From the NCBI GenBank assembly GCA_902625365.1, contig CACOAX010000001.1:23657-87656 (forward strand): a stretch of 64,000 bases of DNA. The letters are read 5' to 3'. Shown here one piece after another: positions 9,959 to 19,870 of this stretch. The notes under the pieces are model-generated. The model did no database searches. It was not told the DNA's origin and saw nothing but the letters and a program-made list of their open reading frames with translations. Made by a program: the position numbers and the translations under genes. Every line of letters starts with the position of its first letter. The stretch's first letter is position 1. Source of the stretch: an uncultured Alphaproteobacteria bacterium. GTDB lineage: Bacteria; Pseudomonadota; Alphaproteobacteria; HIMB59; GCA-002718135.

Positions 9959-10479
9959 TTAACCGCTCGATATGAAAAAATAAAATCTTCTTGGATTTTT
10001 GACTCAATAGCTCCTTTTCTTCTTGATCGCACTAAATCAATAGCTACTTGTTTTTCATAATTAAATTCAATAAGTAAAATAGCAGCTATAGTGCCAGCTC
10101 TTCCTTTTCCTCCACGACAATGTAAAACTATATTTTTGCCATCTATTAATTCGTTTTTTAGCAAAACTTTTGTTGTCTCCCATTTATATTTAAAATCTTT
10201 ATCTGGCGCTCCCATGTCATAGATGGGTAAATGATACCAATGTAACTTATGTTCATAAATACTTTTAACAAATAAAGTTTTATCACACAATTTTTCAAAT
10301 TCGCTATCTTCAACAAAAGAAGTAATGGAGCTACAATTATTATCTTTAAATAATTCTAATTCTTTTTTTAAAATTTTTTGCTCAAACAAACCATTCGAAT
10401 TTAAACCTGGGAAAGACGTTAATATAATTTTGCCTGTAAATGACTTTGAATCTATAAAATCATAGTTACTAAATTGCAT
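9955..10479 (-). CDS. Cys-based dual-specificity/tyrosine phosphatase (CDKN3-like)
   Basis: HCRGGKGRAG P-loop, HLPIYDMGAP acid loop, AIESKIQ Q-loop. Confidence 0.88.
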   Translation of the reverse strand: MQFSNYDFIDSKSFTGKIILTSFPGLNSNGLFEQKILKKELELFKDNNCSSITSFVEDSEFEKLCDKTLFVKSIYEHKLHWYHLPIYDMGAPDKDFKYKWETTKVLLKNELIDGKNIVLHCRGGKGRAGTIAAILLIEFNYEKQVAIDLVRSRRKGAIESKIQEDFIFSYRAVN

Positions 10480-11055
10480 TTATACTTGTTTAGCTAAAAA
10501 AGATTTTCTCGCATCTTCTAAATAGGGACGAAAATGTTCAACATCGGGAGTTTTTTTATCTAAAATTTTTGCTAAATCATCAAATCTTCTAAGCTCTACT
10601 GCTTTATCCATAAAAGGTTTACTAATAAACTCATCTGCTTCTTCTTTTGTAAAAGGACCACCTTGAACTTTTAACGAAAGCTTTGATGCCTCTGATAAAC
10701 TATCATAATAACCTTCTTCAACACTTGATAAATATCTTTTTGAGTCAACATGCGCTCTAATTGGTAAAATAACATCTTCACCAAAATATTTTTTTAAGAA
10801 ATCTGCACCTAAATTTTCATGATGACCATCTTTACCCTCGTGTATGGGATCACCGTCTTCATATATAAGATGTCCTATATCATGGAGCAGGGCAGCTGCT
10901 ATTGTTGGGCCAGGTAATTTATGTTGTTCTGCCAATTCAGCACATTGAAGGGCGTGCTCAAGTTGTGTCACATCCTCATTACCGTATTGAATATCAGCAC
11001 CTTTTTTTTTCAAAAGATCTAAGAGATAATCTACAATATTTTCTTCCATCCTCAT
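10480..11055 (-). CDS. phnZ: HD-domain di-iron phosphonate oxygenase, PhnZ-like
   Basis: YGNEDVTQLEHALQCA, LLHDIGH, HVDSKRYL, LSEASKLSLKVQGG, LRRFDDLAK; divergent from phnW. Confidence 0.88.
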   Translation of the reverse strand: MRMEENIVDYLLDLLKKKGADIQYGNEDVTQLEHALQCAELAEQHKLPGPTIAAALLHDIGHLIYEDGDPIHEGKDGHHENLGADFLKKYFGEDVILPIRAHVDSKRYLSSVEEGYYDSLSEASKLSLKVQGGPFTKEEADEFISKPFMDKAVELRRFDDLAKILDKKTPDVEHFRPYLEDARKSFLAKQV

Positions 11056-11143
11056 TTATAATTAACTTATTAGAAAATAAATTCAATTCCAACTTTAATA
11101 AGATTGATCAAATTTATAATAATATTTATTAAGTAAATATTTA

Positions 11144-12241
11144 ATGGATAAAAAATTATTAACCCCCGGCCCTCTCACGACATCGATGTCTACAAAAGAG
11201 GCTATGCTCCATGATTGGGGTTCAAGAGACACAAAATTTATTGATCTCAATGCATCAATTAGAGATTCCCTTGTTAAATTAATAGACGGTGAAGATAAAT
11301 ATCAGTGTGTCCCAATGCAGGGAAGCGGAACTTTTGCTGTAGAGTCAATGGTGAGTTCACTCACATCAAAAGATTCTAAAATTTTAATTCTTATCAATGG
11401 TGCATACGGACAAAGAATGAAAATGATGTGCACTTATTTAGGTAGGGATTTTATTGAATATGAAGTTGCTGAACATGAAGTACATGACATCAATAAAATT
11501 GAAGAGTTAATTGATAGCAACGATTTAACACACGTATTTGCTGTATATTGTGAAACAACATCAGGTATTTTAAATCCTATTGAAGACATTGCAAAATTGA
11601 TTGAAAGGAAAAACTTATCGTTATTCATCGATGCGATGAGTGCTTTTGGTGCATTACCATTAAGTTCTAAAACAATTAGTTTTGATGCTGTTGCAGCTTC
11701 ATCTAACAAATGCTTGGAAGGTGTACCAGGAGTAGGTTTCATTCTTGTTAAAAATGAAGTTATTGAAAATGCAAAAGGTAATAGTCACTCACTAAGTCTA
11801 GACTTGTATGATCAATGGCAAGCGATGGAAAAAAATAAACAATGGCGATTTACACCTCCTACACACGTATTGGCTGCATTCAATCAAGCTATTCAAGAGC
11901 ATAAAGAACAAGGCGGTGTAGATGGAAGAGGTAAAAAATATAAAAAAAATTGTGAAATTATATGTAATGGAATGAAAGAGTTAGGATTTGAACAATTGCT
12001 TCCTGATAATTTACAAGCACCAATCATTATTACGTTTAAACAACCTAATGATCCTAAATTTAACTTTGAGAAATTTTATAATGCTCTTAGTGAAAAAAAT
12101 TTTTTAATTTATCCTGGAAAATTAACAGTCGCAGAAACTTTTAGAATTGGTTGTATTGGAAATTTAGATGAAGAAGACATGAGGGATACAATAAAAGCAG
12201 TAAAAGAAGTCGTTACAGAACTGGAAATAACATTAAACTAA
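11144..12241 (+). CDS. phnW: 2-aminoethylphosphonate--pyruvate transaminase
   Basis: LLTPGPLTTS, DWGSRD, QGSGTFAVE, CETTSG, SSNKCLEGVPG (PLP Lys), QWRFTPPTH, IYPGK. Confidence 0.96.
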   Translation: MDKKLLTPGPLTTSMSTKEAMLHDWGSRDTKFIDLNASIRDSLVKLIDGEDKYQCVPMQGSGTFAVESMVSSLTSKDSKILILINGAYGQRMKMMCTYLGRDFIEYEVAEHEVHDINKIEELIDSNDLTHVFAVYCETTSGILNPIEDIAKLIERKNLSLFIDAMSAFGALPLSSKTISFDAVAASSNKCLEGVPGVGFILVKNEVIENAKGNSHSLSLDLYDQWQAMEKNKQWRFTPPTHVLAAFNQAIQEHKEQGGVDGRGKKYKKNCEIICNGMKELGFEQLLPDNLQAPIIITFKQPNDPKFNFEKFYNALSEKNFLIYPGKLTVAETFRIGCIGNLDEEDMRDTIKAVKEVVTELEITLN

Positions 12242-12248
12242 TACAAAA

Positions 12249-12881
12249 ATGATGGAAGAAATTGAAATACCTTTAGTAAAAGCAACCAATGAAAATCTCA
12301 AAGGATATGGATATTTAATTGATAGTTTTGAGAAAAGTGAAATTGAAATTGTTACTTGGCCAAAACAAGGATGGCGCGAAATAGAAGAGGGAACTGGTAA
12401 TGAAGGTGGAACTACCGAAGGTTCTTTTGATACATGGTGGCAAGGTGACGTGCTTTATGGACAAAATAATGCTGTTCAACATAAGAGTGATTATGAAGTA
12501 GATGGGAAATATATACTTGGTTATGCCAATAATCCTGATCAAGAATTACAAAAAGATAAATATTCAGACCCAACAAAAATATTTCTATGGCATGCAAATT
12601 ATCATCCTGATGGGGGTCAGCTTTTTTTTCCTGAAGAAAATAAACCATTTATTTGTCCTTTAGCCTTACCGACAGACGACATTGAACCAGAACATTTCAA
12701 AGCATTTTACTGTGACGGATCAAAAGGGTTGTATATTCATCCAAATATTTGGCATGAAGGGGTGTTTCCAGTTACAGAAAAACAATCGTTTCAAGGAAAA
12801 CAAGGAAAAGTACATGCAAGAGTTAGCATCGATTTAAAAGAAGAGTTTAACAAATATATTTACTTTAAGACAAATATTTAA
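12249..12881 (+). CDS. Ureidoglycolate-lyase-like cupin protein
   Basis: NYHPDGGQLFFP and YIHPNIWH resemble AllA-family motifs; N-terminal ATxENLKGYG. Confidence 0.6.
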   Translation: MMEEIEIPLVKATNENLKGYGYLIDSFEKSEIEIVTWPKQGWREIEEGTGNEGGTTEGSFDTWWQGDVLYGQNNAVQHKSDYEVDGKYILGYANNPDQELQKDKYSDPTKIFLWHANYHPDGGQLFFPEENKPFICPLALPTDDIEPEHFKAFYCDGSKGLYIHPNIWHEGVFPVTEKQSFQGKQGKVHARVSIDLKEEFNKYIYFKTNI

Positions 12882-14314
12882 CTATATTTTTTAGAATAAA
12901 AGCTTGAAAATAATATTGGTTGATCAAGATTTACATAATCAGTTTTAAGCTGGATAATTTTTTTAAAAACTTTTTCATCATTACCCATATAGGCAATCAT
13001 AGATTTTATATCCTTTTGTTTTAAAATATTTAATTCTTCTAGCTTATCTCTAAGGGTATATTCAATTATTTTAGGATTATAATTTTCAATAATTTCATTT
13101 AATGTATTAAAGTCTTGTCTCCTTAGCATATAATTTAAATTGGGATGAAAATTTATAATATCCATCATTATGTTTTTATTTTCAGACCAAAAAAAACACT
13201 TATCTAAATAATTAAATTTATTAATGGTACTAATAACATCATCTACTTTTCCATCTTTAATTTCAGCATATAAACTTCCGTTATAAAGTTCAACAATTTG
13301 TAATATATCTTCTAATTTAGGTATTTTCTGATTTGTGAAATCTGAATTAAATTTTTTTCCTATTTCAATTTTATCCAAACTTGAAGAAAGGGTTTGATTT
13401 ACGTATCCTTTATAATTTGAAGTTCTATTAAAAGTAGAGTCATGATTAATTATTAATTTTTTATCTGCTGTTGTTCTAATATCAATTTCTACATGAGAAA
13501 AACCAAATGATAGTGCAAGTAAAGTTGATGCTAGTGAATTTTCTGGTGCTAGACTATTAAGTCCACGATGACATACAACTTCAACTGGCCATTCACTATT
13601 ATTTTTAAAAATTGGGTTAACAAGTTCTGGTTGATTAGAACAAATGCCTAATACGGGTAAATTCCTTAATATCTTCATTCTTTCTGGATTTTCTTCATGC
13701 CATATAACTACTTTTTGATTTTGCTTTTCACACTTTTGAAAGAAATTATCGTCTAATAATTTTTCTGGATTTTCTAATTTTTCCCAGCACAAATGAATAA
13801 TATCAGCAACCTTAGCATACTCAAATGGATTAAAACCAGGAGGTACGAGAATGGCGTAAGGATAAGAATTATCAAGTTTTTTTAATTCCTTTATCAACTC
13901 TATATTAAATGAACCAATGATTACTCTTTGATAGTTATATTTTTTTAGTAATTTAATTAGAAGATTAGAAACATATCTAGCTTTAATATCGAGATAAATT
14001 CCTACATTTAGTTTTATGGCAAGCTTTAGAACATCTTCAAAGAGAGGTGCGGTGTTTATAGGTAGTTTAGTTCTTATTTCTTGAAGATACAAATTAATAA
14101 TATTTTCACCAGTATCTAGGAATGAATCATGAAAAACAATTAGATGTTTGTCTTTAGTTATTTGTACATCAACCTCCCAAAAATCTGCACCAATTTTAGC
14201 AGCAAAGAAAAAGGATTCTATTGTATTTTCTTGATAATAAGTGCTGGCTCCTCTGTGCGCAATAGAGTAGGGTTTATGAGGACTTAACCAATTTTCATTT
14301 GAGTCTTTTTCCAT
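12878..14314 (-). CDS. Glycerophosphodiester phosphodiesterase with two tandem GDPD domains
   Basis: AHRGAS...ENT...EVDVQ...VFHD and CHRGL...PENS...EIDIR...INHD; ATG 14314 preferred over TTG 14323. Confidence 0.9.
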   Translation of the reverse strand: MEKDSNENWLSPHKPYSIAHRGASTYYQENTIESFFFAAKIGADFWEVDVQITKDKHLIVFHDSFLDTGENIINLYLQEIRTKLPINTAPLFEDVLKLAIKLNVGIYLDIKARYVSNLLIKLLKKYNYQRVIIGSFNIELIKELKKLDNSYPYAILVPPGFNPFEYAKVADIIHLCWEKLENPEKLLDDNFFQKCEKQNQKVVIWHEENPERMKILRNLPVLGICSNQPELVNPIFKNNSEWPVEVVCHRGLNSLAPENSLASTLLALSFGFSHVEIDIRTTADKKLIINHDSTFNRTSNYKGYVNQTLSSSLDKIEIGKKFNSDFTNQKIPKLEDILQIVELYNGSLYAEIKDGKVDDVISTINKFNYLDKCFFWSENKNIMMDIINFHPNLNYMLRRQDFNTLNEIIENYNPKIIEYTLRDKLEELNILKQKDIKSMIAYMGNDEKVFKKIIQLKTDYVNLDQPILFSSFYSKKYS

Positions 14315-15347
14315 TTTTATCAAATAAGAGTAAACCTTCTTTCATTATTCCCCAATTAACATTACTGTTTAATTCAACTCTATTTTCTGATGGCTGAATT
14401 GATCTTATGGTTATATTATTGTTAAAACCAACATCATACAAATCCTCTCGTCCTTGTGTTTCAACAAATGTAATTTTTCCAGAAACTTTATTTTCATATC
14501 GTGGACCAAAATGCTCAGGTCTGACGCCTAAAACAATTTCTGTGTTTTCAGATATATTTAAATCAGTATTTAGATTAATTTTTAAATTGCCAGCAATAAA
14601 CATTCCATTATTAAAAACTCCATTAATGAAAGATATTGGCGGATTACCAATGAAGCCAGCAACAAACTTATCTATTGGATTTTTGTACATTTCATCTGGA
14701 GTAGATAATTGAATAATTTTTCCATCCTTCATTAAAGCAATTCTATCGCACATCGACATTGCTTCAACTTGATCATGGGTTACAAGAATTGCAGTAATTC
14801 CAGTTTCTTTTTGTATTCTTTTTATTTCAGAACGCATTTCTAATCTAAGTTTAGCGTCTAGGTTAGCAAGGGGCTCATCTAACAATAATACATCTGGTTC
14901 TCTGATTAAAGCTCTCGCTAATGCTACTCGTTGTTGCTGGCCACCTGAAAGTTGTGCGGGCTTTCTTTTAAGTAATTCGGGTATGTAGACAAGATTAGCT
15001 ATCTCTTGAACCTTTTCGTCAATAATTTTTGAATCAAGTTTTTTTAATTTTAATGGAAACGCAATATTTTCGTAAACAGTCATATGTGGATACAAAGCAT
15101 AGTTTTGAAAAACAACACCAACATTTCTTTGTTGAGAGGGTACGTTTGACATATCTTTTTGATCAAATAAAAGTCTGCCCGAATTCATTTTGTAAATTCC
15201 GCATATTGAAAAAAGTGTTGTTGACTTTCCACATCCTGATGGTCCCAAAAGCGCTAACATTTCTCCACTATGAACAGTGAGATCTAAATTTTCAATTACG
15301 GACACGGGACCGAAAGATTTACTAAATTTTTCTAAAACTAGTTCCAT
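14295..15347 (-). CDS. CUT1 ABC transporter ATPase (MalK/UgpC-like)
   Basis: GPSGCGKS, FQNYALYPH, LSGGQQQRV, DEPLANLD. Confidence 0.95.
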   Translation of the reverse strand: MELVLEKFSKSFGPVSVIENLDLTVHSGEMLALLGPSGCGKSTTLFSICGIYKMNSGRLLFDQKDMSNVPSQQRNVGVVFQNYALYPHMTVYENIAFPLKLKKLDSKIIDEKVQEIANLVYIPELLKRKPAQLSGGQQQRVALARALIREPDVLLLDEPLANLDAKLRLEMRSEIKRIQKETGITAILVTHDQVEAMSMCDRIALMKDGKIIQLSTPDEMYKNPIDKFVAGFIGNPPISFINGVFNNGMFIAGNLKINLNTDLNISENTEIVLGVRPEHFGPRYENKVSGKITFVETQGREDLYDVGFNNNITIRSIQPSENRVELNSNVNWGIMKEGLLLFDKNGKRLK

Positions 15348-16174
15348 TATCCTTTTGTTCCCCCCCCATATATATTCATTAATTTTTTTTGAAACACTAT
15401 ATAAATAATAATAACTGGTATTGCATAGAAGGTTCCAACTGATTTAAATAAATTAAAATCAAATTTATTATCATCTAGTATAAGTGCGGAAAGATAAGTA
15501 GATAGTACCTGCACGTCACTACTTGGAGCTAGAACTAAAGGTAACACAAATTCGCTCCATCCTGATAAAAACGAAAAAATCAGCAGTGCTGCAATTCCTG
15601 GTTGCACTTGTGGTAAAATAAGTTTTCGCCAAACCGTGAACCTACTTGCACCATCTTGGATACCTGCCATTTCGATTTCCCACGGAACTGTGTCGTAAAA
15701 TCCTTTCATTATCCAAACACCAAAAGGTAATTCTAGAGCTGATTTTACAAGTATTACACCTAGTAAAGTATTGTATAAACCCATAATTTGTAATGTTAAA
15801 AAGATAGCGACTATAAGAGAAATAGTTGGAAACGCGTGTAACATAATTAGACCAGCAAGAAAAATTTTTCTTCCAGGTATATCTAATCGGGAAAGAACAT
15901 ATCCTGATGTCATTGATAGTGTGGTAACCATAACTGCAGTTGTGCTTGCAAATATAAAAGTATTAAATGTTACAGTCCAAATATAGGACTCACCCGTTTT
16001 TGGCGTTTCCCATAAAAATCGCCAATGCTCTATTGTAAAGCTACTTGGCCAAATACCTCCAGGAGCAGGATTTGTAAAATTATCGATTATTTGAAAAATA
16101 AACATTATTAATAACGGCAAAGAAATTAATGTAAGTAATAAAGTTATTGGCCAGGAACGATAATAATTATTCAC
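15347..16174 (-). CDS. CUT1 ABC transporter permease (MalG/UgpE-like)
   Basis: EAA loop EIEMAGIQDGAS; about 6 TM. Confidence 0.92.
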   Translation of the reverse strand: MNNYYRSWPITLLLTLISLPLLIMFIFQIIDNFTNPAPGGIWPSSFTIEHWRFLWETPKTGESYIWTVTFNTFIFASTTAVMVTTLSMTSGYVLSRLDIPGRKIFLAGLIMLHAFPTISLIVAIFLTLQIMGLYNTLLGVILVKSALELPFGVWIMKGFYDTVPWEIEMAGIQDGASRFTVWRKLILPQVQPGIAALLIFSFLSGWSEFVLPLVLAPSSDVQVLSTYLSALILDDNKFDFNLFKSVGTFYAIPVIIIYIVFQKKLMNIYGGGTKG

Positions 16175-17476
16175 TTATCCCTCAATCCTTGGTTTGGTTA
16201 CTAGATCCTTAAAGTTAAAAAACTTCAAGTAGAATAAGCTAGCAATTATTCCTATTATTACTAAAACTAAAGCGTAGGTAGCGCCTAAGCCATATTGTAA
16301 ATTGCCTGCATAATTTTGGAGCGCCGTATGGTATGCAGCTAAAGCCCAAACTTCAGTTGATCTACCTGGACCGCCATTTGTTGCTAGTAATATGTATTCA
16401 AATGAAGTTAATAGCGACAAGGTTTGATATGCTGTTGTGAACATAATTGGCCATCTTAATTGGGGAATAATTATGTTCCATATTTGCTGCCATCTATTTG
16501 CTCCATCAACCTCAGATGCATATAACATTGATGATGGTATAGCTTTAATTGCTGAAGAAAATAGTATCATTCCAAAAGATGCTCCAACAAATCCATTAAT
16601 TAATACTATAACCGTCCACGCATGAATTGGAGAGTCCATCATCCAATTTTTTGGTGAAGCTCCAAAGTAAGTTGACATTTGTGAAATAAAACCTGTATCC
16701 CAAGTAAACCATTTCCACATTAAAACATATAAAACAGGGGGAAGTATTCTTGGCAAAAACCAAATAGTTCTAAATGTAGACGCTGTTTTTGATGGTAAAT
16801 AAAATGTAGAAATTGCCAGAAACAAACCGAAGACTACATTAAATGTTAAAGTAAAAAAGACGTAAATAACTGTATAAAAAGCAAACTTATATGAAGATGG
16901 TAGACTGTAAATTAATTTGAAATTATTATTGGTCCAAGACCAACCAGTATAACTTTCTTTAATAATTATATCTCTATCATTTTGATCTATTTCAAGCTTT
17001 ATTAAATTTTCTTCAAAAATAGACTTACTATTAAATCTTTCATTAATTATTGATTCTTTAAATATTTCAGCAATCTCTTTTCTATCTCGTGTTTTTTTAA
17101 TTTTATTTTTTTTTAATTTTTTAAGCGCTCTTTCTAAATCTTTTCTATTTGAAAATTTTTCTCCAAAATAAAGAGAATTTATTTCGTTTGATAGTGCTTC
17201 TTTATATTTTTTACTTACTATTTTTAATCCTTCTTCATCAATTAAATATCCAGCATTTTCAAGCTTTTCAATAGTACCCTTTTGAATATTATATTTTTTT
17301 ATTTCTTTAATAGTTTCTTGATTAATTAAATACTCTCCTCCTTTTATACCTGTTGAAGTTGACATATTTGTAAAAGAAAAAAAAGCAGTCATAACAACTG
17401 GTGTTAGAAAGAACAAAAATACCATTAATAGTACAGGAGATATAAAAATTAAACCGAACCAATTTATTCTATTCAT
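16175..17476 (-). CDS. CUT1 ABC transporter permease (MalF/UgpA-like) with a large charged insertion
   Basis: EAA loop YASEVDGANRWQ, TNGGPG; long K/E-rich loop after the first TM. Confidence 0.9.
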   Translation of the reverse strand: MNRINWFGLIFISPVLLMVFLFFLTPVVMTAFFSFTNMSTSTGIKGGEYLINQETIKEIKKYNIQKGTIEKLENAGYLIDEEGLKIVSKKYKEALSNEINSLYFGEKFSNRKDLERALKKLKKNKIKKTRDRKEIAEIFKESIINERFNSKSIFEENLIKLEIDQNDRDIIIKESYTGWSWTNNNFKLIYSLPSSYKFAFYTVIYVFFTLTFNVVFGLFLAISTFYLPSKTASTFRTIWFLPRILPPVLYVLMWKWFTWDTGFISQMSTYFGASPKNWMMDSPIHAWTVIVLINGFVGASFGMILFSSAIKAIPSSMLYASEVDGANRWQQIWNIIIPQLRWPIMFTTAYQTLSLLTSFEYILLATNGGPGRSTEVWALAAYHTALQNYAGNLQYGLGATYALVLVIIGIIASLFYLKFFNFKDLVTKPRIEG

Positions 17477-17492
17477 AGTTTTTGATTAAAAT

Positions 17493-17517
17493 AACAGGAG
17501 TGAAATTCACTCCTGTT
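17493..17517 (-). terminator. Stem-loop between the binding-protein and permease genes
   Basis: Perfect 11-bp inverted repeat AACAGGAGTGA-AAT-TCACTCCTGTT, followed by ATTTT on the minus strand. Confidence 0.75.
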
Positions 17518-17534
17518 GATTATTTTAAAAAGTG

Positions 17535-18881
17535 TTATCTTACTATTAAATCATCTCCAAGTTTTGAAGATAATTCATTTTCAAGATCATTTACTGCATC
17601 AGCAGCAGATTTAGAACCAGTCCACACAGACTCTAAACCAGCCCACATAGCTTCTGAAAATACTCCATATTGTAGATGATTAGGTTGGGCGTTGGCTGAT
17701 CCTAAAAGTACTTCAGTTGCTTCTGCAGCCCATTGGTCATTTGCATAAAGTCCAACATTAGATTGTTGTTTAGAAATTCCTAGGTGTGCAGACTCAATAG
17801 CATGTAAAGAATTGATTCGAGGTTCAGAAGCAATCTTTACAAGTTGAGATGCGATATCTTGTAGATCTTCATCATTCTGGTTTGTTACAAGATAAACTAA
17901 AGGATGCGTAATAGTATTTGCTCTTCCTCTATCATTTCCTGCTGGGATAAGAGTAAATTGAATTGTTCCAAAGAAATCATCATTTCCTTCTTTTCCAGTG
18001 TATCTAGCATAGTGCCATGTTCCACCATGCCAAAAAGCAGCTTTACCATTTGCAACTTCATTATACCATTGTCCCCAATCAGTACCGATATGATTTTTCT
18101 TTGTTACTCCTGCAGCGACTGCATCCGCAAAGAATTGATAAAATTCTTGCATTGAAGCTTTATCTAACAATAGTTTACCTGATGCAGAGTCCATTAACTC
18201 ACCACCAAATGATTGATAGAATTGAGCATAATCAGGACCATTAGACACTCTAGGGTAAAAACCATAACCCTCTTCTACTAATCCCATTGATACGGCTTTC
18301 TTTGCATCTTCAAGAACATTTGCTAGAGTGTATTCACCAGAAGCAACTTTGGAAGGTAATGCATCAATATCACTATCTGAGTAACCAATGCCTTTTAGGC
18401 ATTCCCTCCAAAAGAAGAAAGGTCTGCTCTCTGCATCTTGTGGAACACCATATTGTATGCCGTTGTAAGCTGCAATTTCCATTAAATTGCTATAAATATC
18501 ATTCAATGGCCAAGCATCCATATCAAGATAATCTTCCACCGGAACAATGTAACCTGCTTGACTCCATGGCGCTATATCAAGGTGACTTGTAACAACTATA
18601 TTAGGAGCTGATCCATCTTCAGCTGCTAGGGTAACAGCTTGTTTAAACTCTCCCCAACCACCGAAGTCTCTTTTGCCCTCTACAGTAATGTTAATTTCTT
18701 CTCCTTGAATTGCCATTTCACGAGTAAGAATATCAGCAGCCATTTTGATTGCTTCCATCCTGTAATAATCAGCTTCGTTTGTACCACCAGCCCATACTGT
18801 GATTTTTACATCTTTAGCAGTTGCATATCCAAAACTTAAAACAGTTATAAGGAATGCAATTACTAGACTTTTTATTTTCAT
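17535..18881 (-). CDS. CUT1 ABC substrate-binding protein
   Basis: Signal peptide, YGVPQDAE and GKAAFWHGGTW motifs, strong AAGGAG RBS, first gene of the operon. Confidence 0.9.
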   Translation of the reverse strand: MKIKSLVIAFLITVLSFGYATAKDVKITVWAGGTNEADYYRMEAIKMAADILTREMAIQGEEINITVEGKRDFGGWGEFKQAVTLAAEDGSAPNIVVTSHLDIAPWSQAGYIVPVEDYLDMDAWPLNDIYSNLMEIAAYNGIQYGVPQDAESRPFFFWRECLKGIGYSDSDIDALPSKVASGEYTLANVLEDAKKAVSMGLVEEGYGFYPRVSNGPDYAQFYQSFGGELMDSASGKLLLDKASMQEFYQFFADAVAAGVTKKNHIGTDWGQWYNEVANGKAAFWHGGTWHYARYTGKEGNDDFFGTIQFTLIPAGNDRGRANTITHPLVYLVTNQNDEDLQDIASQLVKIASEPRINSLHAIESAHLGISKQQSNVGLYANDQWAAEATEVLLGSANAQPNHLQYGVFSEAMWAGLESVWTGSKSAADAVNDLENELSSKLGDDLIVR

Positions 18882-18902
18882 AATAACTCCTTATTTTTTA
18901 AT

Positions 18903-18931
18903 AATAATGCATCACTAAATTATTATGTCAA
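18903..18931 (-). promoter_or_regulatory. Putative sigma70 promoter of the ABC operon
   Basis: TTGACA (18931-18926) followed 16-17 nt later by TGCATTATT, upstream of the RBS. Confidence 0.45.
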
Positions 18932-19070
18932 ACCATATTAAATTGTTAAAAACAGCCATTATTTTGGCTATTTAAGACATTCATCTACAAAATTTCATAA
19001 CGATAAATGTTGATAAATTATGAATTTGAAACTGGTAAATACTTAAAGAATTATTGTAGTACAATATTGT

Positions 19071-19868
19071 ATGAAAATATTACATTTATCGGATCCACAC
19101 ATTGAACCAGATATTTTACATGGTATTGATTCTCAAAAAAGATTTCATCAAGCACTAACACATATTAAAAAAAATCATTTTGATACAGATTTATTTGTTA
19201 TTTCTGGTGATATTACTCATTTTGGAAGTAGTGAAGCTTATAAAGTATTTAAAGATATATTAAACCAAGCCGAGTTACCAAAAAATTTGTTACCACATAT
19301 AATAATTGGAAATCATGATGATAGAGAAAATTTTAGAAATAATTTTTCTGATATTAAAACTGACAACAATGGCTTTATTCAATATTCAAAATCTTTTGAT
19401 AAAAAAACTTTTCTTTTTCTAGATACTAATCAACCGAATACTGACAGCGGTCATTACAATAAAGTTAGACAAGACTGGTTAATAAGTGAATTAGAAAAAA
19501 ATAGTAAAAATGAAGTTTATATTTTTATGCACCATAACCCTCTTGCATTAGGTGATGAAAAAAGTGATAAAATAGGGCTAATTCAAAAAAATGATTTTCA
19601 GGATATATTATTAAAATTTAGAGAAATAATAAAACATATATTTTTTGGCCATCAACATATTACCACATCTGGTCAATATTTAGGCATTACATTTTCTTCA
19701 CCACGTAGCACTTGGTCACCATTAGTTCCAAACTTTTCAAGTAAATATAGATTGGGAACTGCAAACACTGATCCTAATTATAATGTAATTTTAATTAAAG
19801 ATAATTCTTTAGTTGTACATAGCGAAGATTTTTTAAAAACAGAGGTTAATTGGTTCGAGACTGAATAA
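19071..19868 (+). CDS. Metallophosphoesterase, GpdQ/CpdA-like phosphodiesterase
   Basis: HLSDPH, SGDITH, GNHD, MHHNP, FGHQH. Confidence 0.9.
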   Translation: MKILHLSDPHIEPDILHGIDSQKRFHQALTHIKKNHFDTDLFVISGDITHFGSSEAYKVFKDILNQAELPKNLLPHIIIGNHDDRENFRNNFSDIKTDNNGFIQYSKSFDKKTFLFLDTNQPNTDSGHYNKVRQDWLISELEKNSKNEVYIFMHHNPLALGDEKSDKIGLIQKNDFQDILLKFREIIKHIFFGHQHITTSGQYLGITFSSPRSTWSPLVPNFSSKYRLGTANTDPNYNVILIKDNSLVVHSEDFLKTEVNWFETE

Positions 19869-19870
19869 TG

